DNA of 64,000 nt, taken from NCBI GenBank assembly GCA_038231135.1, contig JBBRLX010000010.1, positions 1-64,000 on the forward strand, in the 5' to 3' direction. How positions within the stretch are numbered: the first letter of the stretch is position 1; each line of letters opens with the position of its first letter. Below the pieces are notes generated by a model, which made no database searches, was not told where the DNA came from, and was given only the letters and a program-made list of their open reading frames with translations. Of this stretch, positions 29,351 to 38,659 are shown in pieces. A program made the position numbers and the translations under genes. This DNA comes from Candidatus Eiseniibacteriota bacterium. Its GTDB lineage: Bacteria; Eisenbacteria; RBG-16-71-46.

Positions 29351-30355
29351 GTGAGAGCTGTCAGGGTGCGTGCGCGGAAGCGGAGTGAGGCTTCGGGATG
29401 GCGGCGATGGTTTCCCATCGCCGTCGTCCTCCTGATCCTGGTGCTGGCGCCGGTGCTCGCCTATGGCCAGACGGCGGACTCTGTAGTGGTCCGCTGGACG
29501 GCTCCGGGCGACGACGGCAATCTGGGTCAGGCGTCGGTCTACGACCTCCGCGTCTCGGAGTCGCCGATCGACAGTCTCAACTTCGGCCAGGCCACGCAGG
29601 TCACGGGTTTGAACTCGCCGGCTCCCTCGGGAACGCGGCAGAAGTTCGTGGTGCGCGGCCTCACCCCCGGTACCCCGTACTACTTCGCGATCCGCACCCA
29701 GGACGACGCCGGCAACTGGTCGCCGTTGTCCAACGTCGCACGTTGGAACTGGGTGTTCGACACCGCGCCACCGTCGGCGCCGGCGGGCCTCGCAGTGGGA
29801 CACGATCCGGGTCAGGTGACCATCTCCTGGTCGCCGAGCCCGGAACCCGACCTCGGCGGCTATCACGTCTATCGAGCCACGGCCGCGGAAGGGCCGTTCA
29901 CACTGATCAGCACGGTCCTCATCACGACCACGACGTTCTCGGACAAGAACCTGCCCGCGAACGCCGAGGCCCTGTGGTACCGGGTGAGTGCGGTGGACGT
30001 GAACGGCAACGAGAGTGCCGAGAGCGCGCCGATCGCCGTGGCGTTGACGGCGGGCGCGGCGTCGGACGCCGTGGCCGTCGAAGAGGCGTATCCCAATCCC
30101 AGCCGGGACGGGCGTCCGGCGCACATCCCCATCATCGTGCCGGCGCTCGGAGCGAGCCGGGTGACCATGGACATCATCGATTCGGGCAATCACCGCGTGC
30201 GCCGCATCGAGCTGTCGAATCTGCTGGGCGGTCGCCGCGAAATCGTATGGGACGGACTCAACGATGCGGGCCAGACGTGCGCGCCGGGTGTCTATCGCGG
30301 CTGGCTCATGAACGCTAAGGATCGGCAAACCATCCGAATCGTGCGGGTGCCGTGA
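29351..30355 (+). CDS. Secreted FN3 protein with C-terminal FlgD-Ig/T9SS-like sorting domain
   Basis: Signal peptide, a third copy of the WTAPGDDG repeat, a second FN3 (W....EPDL.GY.VYR...Y.V.AVD..GNES), C-terminal YPNP...I.D..G..VR....WDG.ND.G....PGVY. Confidence 0.8.
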   Translation: MRAVRVRARKRSEASGWRRWFPIAVVLLILVLAPVLAYGQTADSVVVRWTAPGDDGNLGQASVYDLRVSESPIDSLNFGQATQVTGLNSPAPSGTRQKFVVRGLTPGTPYYFAIRTQDDAGNWSPLSNVARWNWVFDTAPPSAPAGLAVGHDPGQVTISWSPSPEPDLGGYHVYRATAAEGPFTLISTVLITTTTFSDKNLPANAEALWYRVSAVDVNGNESAESAPIAVALTAGAASDAVAVEEAYPNPSRDGRPAHIPIIVPALGASRVTMDIIDSGNHRVRRIELSNLLGGRREIVWDGLNDAGQTCAPGVYRGWLMNAKDRQTIRIVRVP

Positions 30356-30372
30356 TGCAAGGGAGCCAAGCC

Positions 30373-31929
30373 ATGAAGATCAACCATCTCATCGTCTGCG
30401 CCGCGATCGCCGCCGCGGTTGCCCCCGGCATGGCCCGCGCCGGATCCGATCAGGCCGGCACCACCCCGGCGGAGTTCCTCACCGTTGGCTCCGGCGCCGC
30501 GATCCAGTCCCGCGGCGGCGCCACGCTGGGGTTGAGCGGCGACATCGGCATCACGCCGTGGAATCCGGGAGCACTGGGATTCCTGGGCGAGACGCAACTC
30601 GGGTTGTCGCACGCCACGCTCATGGATCAGATCAACCAGGAATACGTCACGGCGGGAGGACGGTTCCTGAAGAGCCCGATGCGCTGGTCGCTGTCGGGTC
30701 TCTATGAGAGCCAGGGTTCGTTCGCGGGACGCGACGCGCTCAACAACCCGACCGGCAACTTCGACCTGTCGAGTTTTGCCGGGGGCGGCCACGTCGCGGT
30801 TCCGATCGGGCGCATGCTCGCGGTCGGCGTCGGAGCCAAGTGGGTGAACGAGACGTTGGGGCAGAACCGCGGCGCCGGCCTCACGTTCGACGGCGGCGCC
30901 CAGTTCCACGCCGGCGTGCTCGGAATCGGTGTTGCCGCCCAGAATGCGTTCGGCCAGATGCGATTCGGCAACTCGACGTACGCCTTCCCGACCAACTACG
31001 GAGTCGGCGCGGCGATCGACGACCGGTCACACGGTCTGCGCTTCGCGGTCGATGCCAACTTCCCGACGTCCTACTACAAGGACGTGCGCAGTGGCGTCGA
31101 ATGGCGCTGGCACGACATGTTCGCCGTGCGCGCCGGCTACCGGGCGGAGCTCAACGCCCCGGCCAACGAGGCGCTCAGCGGGCCCACGTTCGGATTCGGC
31201 GTCGGCGTGCACGGGATGTGGTTCGATTACGGGTACATCGTGCCGGGCAATGGCGACAGCCAGCACCGCCTCGGCATCACGCTGCGTCCGAGCCGCCTGA
31301 TGCCGGGCGCGATGGGACACGCGGAGCCGGTGGGAGTCCTCGCGCCCCAGGCACCGGACGGGACGTCCGTCGCATCGCCCAGGGGCCACAAGGCGCTGCG
31401 CGTGAACGCCGATCCCGGCACCGGCACCGAGTCGCCGGCGGTTCCCACTCCGCTGACGCCGAACACGAATACCGCGGCAGTCCCGGCGAGCGTATCGCCC
31501 ATGCCGGCCGCGGTCGCCCCGACGCCGGCAGCCGCGCCGGCCGCTGCGCCCGCCATGACGCAGGTCGTGGCGCCCATTGCGGCGCCGAAGCCGGCGCATG
31601 CGCAGGCGTCGCATGCGAAGCCCGCCGATCCGGCGAGCGCCGCCACTTCGCAGGCGGTGCAGCAGACGTTGCCGCCGGCGGCCCAGGTGAAGGAGCTGCC
31701 GCCGCCTGCAGCGCCCGCGCCCATCGTGCAGGCGGAACCCGCGCCGGCCGCGAGCGAATCCCAGGCGGCGCCCGCGCGGAATTCGAAGGACTCCGCGAAG
31801 GCCAAGGCCGCGAAGCAGAAGAAGGCCGAGGCGAAGGAGGACAAGCCGGCTTCGGACGATCCGTTCGAGCGTGCGATCGCGCGGGCGAAGAGCATGAACG
31901 CCGGAGACATGAACGCGAAGCTGAAGTAG
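30373..31929 (+). CDS. PorV/PorQ-family outer-membrane beta-barrel with long Pro/Ala/Lys-rich C-terminal extension
   Basis: Signal peptide, FL.VG.GA....GGA...WNPG.L, D.G, A.N, GVE, A.R.GY, GFG...DY.Y...HR pattern of PorV-like barrels; about 200 aa low-complexity tail. Confidence 0.78.
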   Translation: MKINHLIVCAAIAAAVAPGMARAGSDQAGTTPAEFLTVGSGAAIQSRGGATLGLSGDIGITPWNPGALGFLGETQLGLSHATLMDQINQEYVTAGGRFLKSPMRWSLSGLYESQGSFAGRDALNNPTGNFDLSSFAGGGHVAVPIGRMLAVGVGAKWVNETLGQNRGAGLTFDGGAQFHAGVLGIGVAAQNAFGQMRFGNSTYAFPTNYGVGAAIDDRSHGLRFAVDANFPTSYYKDVRSGVEWRWHDMFAVRAGYRAELNAPANEALSGPTFGFGVGVHGMWFDYGYIVPGNGDSQHRLGITLRPSRLMPGAMGHAEPVGVLAPQAPDGTSVASPRGHKALRVNADPGTGTESPAVPTPLTPNTNTAAVPASVSPMPAAVAPTPAAAPAAAPAMTQVVAPIAAPKPAHAQASHAKPADPASAATSQAVQQTLPPAAQVKELPPPAAPAPIVQAEPAPAASESQAAPARNSKDSAKAKAAKQKKAEAKEDKPASDDPFERAIARAKSMNAGDMNAKLK

Positions 31930-31958
31930 CCGCGACGCCGACAGCGCCCGGGAACAAC

Positions 31959-32000
31959 ACGACGCGGGGCCTCCGAACTACCGGAGGCCCTGCGTCGTTT
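31959..32000. terminator. Hairpin terminator between convergent genes
   Basis: ACGACGCGGGGCCTCCG-aactac-CGGAGGCCCTGCGTCGT followed by TT. Confidence 0.65.
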
Positions 32001-32048
32001 CGCGTTCCCCGACCCTCGATCCTCCGCCCCGGCCGGCACGCCACCCGG

Positions 32049-33149
32049 TCAGAGCGGGAACGCGCCCTCGAACTTCGTGCCTTCGCCCATCGCGATCGCG
32101 TACTTCATCTGCTCCGCAATATGCGCGGGCATCGTGGCGTAGACGTCGGTGAACAGTGTCTCGAGCGCAGGCGGCGGCAGCGCCTCGGCCTCGCGCACCG
32201 CGACGCCGATCTCGTCCTGCAGCTCGGCGGTCCAGCGCTCGGTGTCGGCCGCCTCGATCACGCCGTCGCGCTCGAGCCAGGCGCGCAGCCGGGCGACCGG
32301 ATCCTTCTGTTCCCAGGTGCCGACGAGATCCGCGGCGCGGTAGCGCGTGGGATCGTCGCTCGACGAGTGGCCGCCCATGCGGAACGTGACCGCCTCGACC
32401 AGCGTGGGCCCGTCGCCGCGGCGCGCGCGCTCCACCGCCTCGCGCGTTGCCGTGATCACCGCCAGCAGGTCGTTGCCGTCGACCTCGATGCCGGGGAACC
32501 CGTAGGCCATCGCCTTGATCGCGATGCTGGCGGACGCGGTCTGCTGTGACAGCGGCACCGAGATCGCCCAGTGGTTGTTCTGGCAGAAGAACACGACCGG
32601 CAGCTTGTAGACGCCGGCGAAGTTCGCGGCGGCGTGGAAGTCCGCCGACGAGGACGCCCCGTCCCCCATGTATCCCATCATCACTTCGCCGGTGCGCCTG
32701 AGCTTCGCGGCCCACGCCGCGCCCATCGCATGCACGAGTTGCGTCCCGATCACGGACGACCACGCCACGCTGCGCACGCGCCGGTCGCTGAAGTGGCAGG
32801 GCATCTGGCGCCCGATGAGCACGTCGCCGCTGTTGCCGATCAACTGGCACACCATCTCGCGGATCGTGGTGCCGCGCCAGAGCGACACGCCCATCTCGCG
32901 CAGCGCCGGGAACACCCAGTCGGTGTCGCGCAGCGCATACGCCGAGCCCGTCACCGCCGCCTCCTGCCCGGTCGCGGTGCCGTAGAAGCCGATGCGGCCC
33001 TGCCGCTGCAGCGACAGCATGCGCATGTCGAGTACGCGCATGCCGAGCATGTGGCGGTAGAGCCGCCGCAGGTCGTCGGGCGGCACCTCGGGCGGGGTGC
33101 CGGTGAGGTGGCCCTGCGGGTCGAGGATCTGGAGCGGCGTGGCGGTCAT
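32049..33149 (-). CDS. 2-oxoacid (pyruvate/branched-chain) dehydrogenase E1 alpha
   Basis: LQRQGRIGFY, GQEA, TPP motif GDGASS...NN, HSSSDDPTRYR. Confidence 0.92.
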   Translation of the reverse strand: MTATPLQILDPQGHLTGTPPEVPPDDLRRLYRHMLGMRVLDMRMLSLQRQGRIGFYGTATGQEAAVTGSAYALRDTDWVFPALREMGVSLWRGTTIREMVCQLIGNSGDVLIGRQMPCHFSDRRVRSVAWSSVIGTQLVHAMGAAWAAKLRRTGEVMMGYMGDGASSSADFHAAANFAGVYKLPVVFFCQNNHWAISVPLSQQTASASIAIKAMAYGFPGIEVDGNDLLAVITATREAVERARRGDGPTLVEAVTFRMGGHSSSDDPTRYRAADLVGTWEQKDPVARLRAWLERDGVIEAADTERWTAELQDEIGVAVREAEALPPPALETLFTDVYATMPAHIAEQMKYAIAMGEGTKFEGAFPL

Positions 33150-34426
33150 GCGCCCTCCCCGGCCGCGACATCGCGGGCCTCGAGCCACGATTCGGGCGTC
33201 TGCAGCCGCTCGATCAGCGCGTACAGGAAGTCGGCGCCCACGGCGCCGTCGACCACGCGATGATCGAGCGACAGCGACAGGTTGCCGAGGCTGCGGATCA
33301 CGATCTTTCCACCGACCACCGCCGGCCGCGGCTTCACTTCGTGGACCCCGAGGATCGCCACCTGCGGATGGTGGAGGATCGGCGTGGCGAGCACGCCACC
33401 ATGCGCGCCGGTGCTCGTCACCGTGAACGTGCCGCCCTGGAGCTCCTCGACCTTGAGCTTGTGCGCGCGGGCCGCGGTGGCGAGCCGGTCGAGCTCGCGC
33501 GCGATCGCGAACAGGCCCAGGCGGTCGCAGTGGTGGAGGATCGGGACGGTCAGACCATCGTCGGTATTCGTCGCGAGCCCCAGATGGTAGTAGCGCTTGA
33601 TCACGATCTCGTGCGTGTCGTCGTCGAGCACGCTGTTGAGCAGCGGGAACCGGCGCAGCGGCTCGATCAGCGCTCGGAACACGTAAGGCAGGAACGTCGG
33701 CTTGACGCCGGCGGCCGTGGCGCGGTCCCGGACGCGATCGCGATGCTCGAGGATTGGAGTGAAGTCGCACTCGGCGACGAACGTGAACTGCGCCGCCGTC
33801 GACAGCGACCGCCGCATGTGATCCGCGATCCGGCGCCGCAGGCCGCGCAACGGCACGCGCTCCTCGGGACCATCGGCGGGGGCGGCTGCGCCGCGATCGC
33901 CCGCGCCGGCGGTCGCGCCGCTGATCCCCGCGCCGGTAGTCGCGCGCATCACGTCGTCCGCCGTGATCGTGCCGCCGGGACCGGTGCCGCGGATCGACTC
34001 GAGCGCCACGCCCGCCTGCTTCGCGAGAACGCGGACGGCGGGTGTGGCCTGCACGCGCGCGCCGGCGGACGCCGGACCGGCGGTGGCCGCGAGGGTGGCC
34101 GGGACGAGCCCGGCGGCGGAGCCAGCGGCGGCCGCAGCGGCCGCGGGCTCCGCGCCGCGCGCCGCGGGCACCGCACCGACCGGCGCGCCCTCGAGCGCGA
34201 TCGACACGATCACGGTTCCGACCGGCACCATCGCGCCTTCCGCGACGTGGATCGTGGCGATCGTGCCGGTGCGCGGCGACGGAATCTCGACGCTGGCCTT
34301 GTCGGTCATCACCTCGACCAGCGGCTGCTCCTCCGTCACCGCCTGCCCCGCGACGACGAACCACCGCACGATCTCGCCCTCGGCGACGCCTTCGCCGATG
34401 TCGGGGAGCTTCACGTCGTAGTGCAT
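33146..34426 (-). CDS. Dihydrolipoamide acyltransferase E2
   Basis: Lipoyl domain EVMTDKASVEIPSP, E3-binding ATPAVR..A...GTGPGG, catalytic DHRVVDGA. Confidence 0.93.
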   Translation of the reverse strand: MHYDVKLPDIGEGVAEGEIVRWFVVAGQAVTEEQPLVEVMTDKASVEIPSPRTGTIATIHVAEGAMVPVGTVIVSIALEGAPVGAVPAARGAEPAAAAAAAGSAAGLVPATLAATAGPASAGARVQATPAVRVLAKQAGVALESIRGTGPGGTITADDVMRATTGAGISGATAGAGDRGAAAPADGPEERVPLRGLRRRIADHMRRSLSTAAQFTFVAECDFTPILEHRDRVRDRATAAGVKPTFLPYVFRALIEPLRRFPLLNSVLDDDTHEIVIKRYYHLGLATNTDDGLTVPILHHCDRLGLFAIARELDRLATAARAHKLKVEELQGGTFTVTSTGAHGGVLATPILHHPQVAILGVHEVKPRPAVVGGKIVIRSLGNLSLSLDHRVVDGAVGADFLYALIERLQTPESWLEARDVAAGEGA

Positions 34427-34440
34427 CCTGATCCTCCGCC

Positions 34441-35415
34441 TCAGTACGCCATCACGTGCTCCAGCGCGCGCAGCACGCGGGGAGCATCGGGGAGATAGGT
34501 GTGTTCGAGCGTGTAGGGGAACGGCGTATCGTAGCCGGTGACGCGCAGCACCGGCGCCTGCAGCGAGGTCAGCGCGCGCTCGGCGAGGATCGCCGCGAGC
34601 TCGGCGCCGTAGCCGCACGTGCGCGGCGCCTCGTGCAGGATCACGGCACGGCCGGTGCGGGTGACGCTCGCGAGCACGGCATCGACGTCGAGCGGCACCA
34701 GCGTGCGCAGGTCGAGCACCTCGACGGACCACCCGCGCGCCGCGGCCTGGTCCGCCGCTTCCACTGCCACCGGCACCATCGAGCCGTAGGCGAGCACGCT
34801 GCACTGGTCGCCGGCACGCGCGACGCGCGCGCGGGACAGCGGCGTCGTGAAATGGCCCTCGGCCACCTCCTCCTTCGTCGAGCGATACAGCCGCTTGGGC
34901 TCGAGGAAGATCACCGGATCCTCGCCCGCCAGTGCCGCGAGCAGCAGGCCCTTGGCGTCGGACGGCGTCGACGGGATCACCACCGTGAGTCCCGCGGTAT
35001 GGCAGAAGTACGCCTCGGGGCTCTGGGAGTGGTAGAGCCCGCCGCGAATGCCGCCGCCGTAGGGCGCGCGCACGATCACCGGGCACGAGTACTGCCCTCC
35101 CGACCGCCACCTGAGCTTCGCCATCTCGGACACGATCTGGTCGAACGCCGGGTAGATGAAATCGACGAACTGGATCTCGGCGATCGGGCGCATGCCGTGG
35201 ATCGCCATGCCGATCGCGCCGCCGATGATGCCGTTCTCGGCCAGCGGCGTGTCGGTCACGCGGTCCTCGCCGAATTCGGCCTGCAGCCCCTCGGTGACCC
35301 GGAACACGCCGCCGTTGCGGCCGATGTCCTCGCCCAGCAGCACCACGTCGGGATTCGTCCGCAGCGCGATGCGCAACGCATCCTGAATGGCCTGGACCAT
35401 GGTCATCTGCGGCAT
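34441..35415 (-). CDS. 2-oxoacid dehydrogenase E1 beta
   Basis: GEDIG.NGGVFRVTEGL, DTPLAE, EIQF, HSQS, LEPKRLY, DLRTL.PLD. Confidence 0.93.
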   Translation of the reverse strand: MPQMTMVQAIQDALRIALRTNPDVVLLGEDIGRNGGVFRVTEGLQAEFGEDRVTDTPLAENGIIGGAIGMAIHGMRPIAEIQFVDFIYPAFDQIVSEMAKLRWRSGGQYSCPVIVRAPYGGGIRGGLYHSQSPEAYFCHTAGLTVVIPSTPSDAKGLLLAALAGEDPVIFLEPKRLYRSTKEEVAEGHFTTPLSRARVARAGDQCSVLAYGSMVPVAVEAADQAAARGWSVEVLDLRTLVPLDVDAVLASVTRTGRAVILHEAPRTCGYGAELAAILAERALTSLQAPVLRVTGYDTPFPYTLEHTYLPDAPRVLRALEHVMAY

Positions 35416-35636
35416 CGGGAGTCCTCCGGACGGCGGCGGGAACGGCGCCGGCGGAGGTTAGCCAACGGCCGTGGGATCGGCAACCCGACGCGCGCCGAGT
35501 GTGCCCCCGACGCGGGGCCGGGCGCGGGGCGCCGAACCGGGGCGCGGTGGCGGACGACGCTGGGTGGAACCGCGGGCACTGTCTCCGCGCCGCCCCCGGC
35601 GCGGCCGTCGTGCCGTGATCGGATGCCCGGCCGTCA

Positions 35637-35672
35637 TTAGCTTGGACAAATCAATCAATTAGTCTAGGCTAA
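35637..35672 (+). promoter_or_regulatory. Two DtxR/MntR-type operator boxes overlapping a sigma70-type promoter
   Basis: AT-rich island with TTAGcttggaCAAA (35637-50) and TTAGtctaggCTAA (35659-72). -35-like TGGACA and -10-like TAGGCT lie 6 nt before the mntR ATG. Confidence 0.7.
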
Positions 35673-35676
35673 CGAA

Positions 35677-36366
35677 ATGCTCGATCTGACGCGTTCGAAA
35701 CAGGACTACCTCAAGGCGCTGTACGTGCTCGGGCCTGGCGGCGAGGGGGTCGCCACGTCGCGGCTCGCGTCGCGGCTCGCGGTGTCGGCGCCGTCGGTGA
35801 CGAACATGCTCGGCCGGCTCGCCGCCGAGCACCTGGTGACGCACACGCCGCGCGCCGGCGCGCGGCTCACCGCGCGCGGGCGGCGGGCCGCAGTCGAGAT
35901 CGTGCGGCGTCATCGCATCCTCGAGACGTTCCTGGTTCGCGTCCTGGGCCTCGACTGGGCCGACGTGCACGCGGACGCGGAGGTGCTGGAGCACCACATC
36001 AGCGAACGCGTGCTCGAGGCGATCGACCGGCTGATGGGCCATCCCGCCGAGGATCCGCATGGTCACGTGATTCCCGACCGCGACGGCCACATCGCCGAGC
36101 GCGCGCTCACGCCGATGGCGGCACTGCCGCGCGGCGTCCGCGCCATCGTGCGGGAGATCGGCGACGCGGATCACGCGCGCATGGCGCGCTGGAAGGAGTG
36201 CGGGCTGGTCCCGGGCGCGGGAGTACGCATGATCGACATTCGTCCGGGCGACGGCGTGTTCGAGATCGAGGTCGCGGGCAGGCGGCTCGTGGTCGGCAGC
36301 GAGGGCGTGGACGGCGTGATGGTCGAGGCGACGGCACCACGGCGTCCGCGACGGAGGTCCGCATGA
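35677..36366 (+). CDS. mntR: DtxR/MntR-family metal-dependent repressor with FeoA-like C-domain
   Basis: QDYLKALY, VSAPSVTNML, RRHRILETFL, HADAEVLEH, DPHG..IP. Confidence 0.9.
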   Translation: MLDLTRSKQDYLKALYVLGPGGEGVATSRLASRLAVSAPSVTNMLGRLAAEHLVTHTPRAGARLTARGRRAAVEIVRRHRILETFLVRVLGLDWADVHADAEVLEHHISERVLEAIDRLMGHPAEDPHGHVIPDRDGHIAERALTPMAALPRGVRAIVREIGDADHARMARWKECGLVPGAGVRMIDIRPGDGVFEIEVAGRRLVVGSEGVDGVMVEATAPRRPRRRSA

Positions 36367-38462
36367 GCCGCAACGACCGGGCCCCCCGGCGCGCCCCGCA
36401 CGCCGGCGCCGACCCCGGCGCCCCCGTGGGATCGACGGACGCCGTCGACGCCGACGTGACGCACCCGCATGCCCGGTCGCTGCCCGAGGTGCATGCGTCG
36501 GTGACCATCCCCAACGCGGGCGGCTGGTTCCGCCGGCTGTTCGCGTTCGCCGGCCCCGCGTACCTCGTGAGCGTGGGCTACATGGATCCGGGCAACTGGG
36601 CCACCGACCTCGCGGGCGGCGCGCGGTTCGGGTATCAGCTCATGTGGGTGCTGCTCATGAGCAACCTGATGGCGGTGCTGCTGCAGACGCTGTCGGCGCG
36701 GCTCGGCGTCGTGACCGGCAAAGATCTCGCGCAGGCGTGCCGCGACTGGTATCCGCGCCCGCTGGTGTGGCCGCTGTGGATCCTGTGCGAGATCGCGATC
36801 GTCGCGTGTGACCTGGCCGAGGTGCTGGGCGCCGCGATCGGGCTCCAGTTGCTGTTCGGATTGCCGCTGATGGGGGGCGTGTTGATCACGTCGCTCGACG
36901 TGCTGCTGCTGCTCGCGATGTCGCGGCTCGGCATGCGTCGCATGGAGGCCCTGATCGTGACGCTGGTCGTGACGATCGGCGGGTGCTTCGCCACGGAGAT
37001 GCTGCTGTCGCATCCCGACCTGCCCGCTGTGCTGCGCGGCCTCGTGCCCCGCGACGAGACGGGCACGCTGAGCCTCGTGTCGCACAGCGCGCGCCACGGC
37101 TGGCAGGTGCTCGGGCTGCGTCACGAATCGCTGTACGTCGCGATGGGCATCCTCGGCGCCACGGTGATGCCGCACAACCTCTACCTGCACAGTGCGCTCG
37201 TCCAGAGTCGCGCGGTCGGCCGCTCGATCGCCGCGAAGCGCGAAGCCTGCAAGCTCAACCTGATCGATTCCACGATCGCGCTGAACTGCGCGTTCTTCGT
37301 CAACGCCGCGATCCTGGTGCTGGCGGCGGCGGTGTTCCACAACTCGGGCCACCAGGACGTGGCGCGGCTGGAGGACGCCCACCGGCTGCTGGCGCCACTG
37401 GTCGGTACGTCGCTCGCCTCCACGCTGTTCGCGGTGGCGCTGCTTGCGTCGGGGCAGTCGAGCACGATCACCGGCACGCTCGCCGGGCAGATCGTGATGG
37501 AGGGCTTCCTCAAGTGGCGCATCCAGCCGTGGCTGCGGCGGATCATCAGCCGCGGCCTCGCGATCATTCCGGCGGTCGGCTTCATCTGGCTGCGCGGGCC
37601 GCGCGCGGTCGACGACCTGCTCGTGCTGTCGCAGGTGGTGCTCAGCATGCAGCTCGCGTTCGCCGTGATCCCGCTCGTCACGTTCACCAGCGATCGCGCG
37701 AAGATGGGCGAGTTCGTGAACCCGCGGTGGGTGATGGTGGCGGCGACCGCGATCGCGATCACGATCGTGTCGCTGAACGGCAAGCTCGTCCTCGAGGAAC
37801 TGAACGTGTGGATGGCGGCCGCCGGCGACCGCGCACCGCTGCTGTGGATGACCGTGGTGCCGGTGGTGGCGGCGATCGTCCTGTTGCTCGGCTACCTCAC
37901 GGTGTTCCCGCTGCTGTCGCGATTCGCGCCGCGCTGGGCGTGGGCGCCGGGGGAGGGCGATCGGGTAGACGTGCGGCCCGCGACCCCACGGGAACCGCGT
38001 CGCGCCGCCGCGTTACGCGAGACGATCGCCGGGCACCGGCGCATCGCCGTGGCGCTCGAGCTCGGTCCCGCCGACCGTGCGGTGCTCGAGCACCTGCGCC
38101 AGTCGGTCACCCCCGGCGAGACCCAGCTCGTGCTGCTGCACGTGGCCGAAAGCGCGGCGAGCCGCTACCTGGGCCAGGAGGCCTCGGACCAGGAGGCGCG
38201 CGAGGACCTGTCCACGCTGGAGTCGATCGCCGAGACCCTGCGCGCGCTGGGGATCCCGGTGACCACGGCACTCGGGTTCGGCGACGTGAAGAACGAACTG
38301 GCGCGGCTGGTGCGCGAACAGGACGCTGATCTGCTCGTGGCCGGCTCGCACGGCCACCGGCTATTCCAGGACTTGATCCATGGGGCCACCACGTCCGGGC
38401 TGCGGCATCGCGTCCAGTGCCCGGTACTGATCGGTCCCGGCGGGCGGCGGCCACCGCGATGA
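36363..38462 (+). CDS. mntH: Nramp-family Mn2+/Fe2+ transporter fused to a C-terminal universal stress protein domain
   Basis: GYMDPGNWATD, MPHNLYLHS, GTLAGQIVMEGF; C-terminal LLHV...DLLVAGSHGH...GAT USP motifs. Confidence 0.92.
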   Translation: MSRNDRAPRRAPHAGADPGAPVGSTDAVDADVTHPHARSLPEVHASVTIPNAGGWFRRLFAFAGPAYLVSVGYMDPGNWATDLAGGARFGYQLMWVLLMSNLMAVLLQTLSARLGVVTGKDLAQACRDWYPRPLVWPLWILCEIAIVACDLAEVLGAAIGLQLLFGLPLMGGVLITSLDVLLLLAMSRLGMRRMEALIVTLVVTIGGCFATEMLLSHPDLPAVLRGLVPRDETGTLSLVSHSARHGWQVLGLRHESLYVAMGILGATVMPHNLYLHSALVQSRAVGRSIAAKREACKLNLIDSTIALNCAFFVNAAILVLAAAVFHNSGHQDVARLEDAHRLLAPLVGTSLASTLFAVALLASGQSSTITGTLAGQIVMEGFLKWRIQPWLRRIISRGLAIIPAVGFIWLRGPRAVDDLLVLSQVVLSMQLAFAVIPLVTFTSDRAKMGEFVNPRWVMVAATAIAITIVSLNGKLVLEELNVWMAAAGDRAPLLWMTVVPVVAAIVLLLGYLTVFPLLSRFAPRWAWAPGEGDRVDVRPATPREPRRAAALRETIAGHRRIAVALELGPADRAVLEHLRQSVTPGETQLVLLHVAESAASRYLGQEASDQEAREDLSTLESIAETLRALGIPVTTALGFGDVKNELARLVREQDADLLVAGSHGHRLFQDLIHGATTSGLRHRVQCPVLIGPGGRRPPR

Positions 38463-38659
38463 CCCGGGCCCGCGGCAGCCACGGCAGGACCATGGCCGCG
38501 GCCCCGCCGGGCCGCATACGGAGCCGGCGCCGGCCATGCGCAACGACCGCGCCACGGACCCCGCCCCGCCGCCTCGTTGGCGGCCTGGATGATTCCGGGC
38601 CGGGACGGCCCTCCAGTGCGAACTGGCGAATCACGCCCGACCGGTCCTAGAATATCCGC

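Noticed and set aside
38417..38650. ORF after mntH (MTRARGSH...)
   Set aside because: Arg/Pro-rich composition with no motif; likely non-coding.
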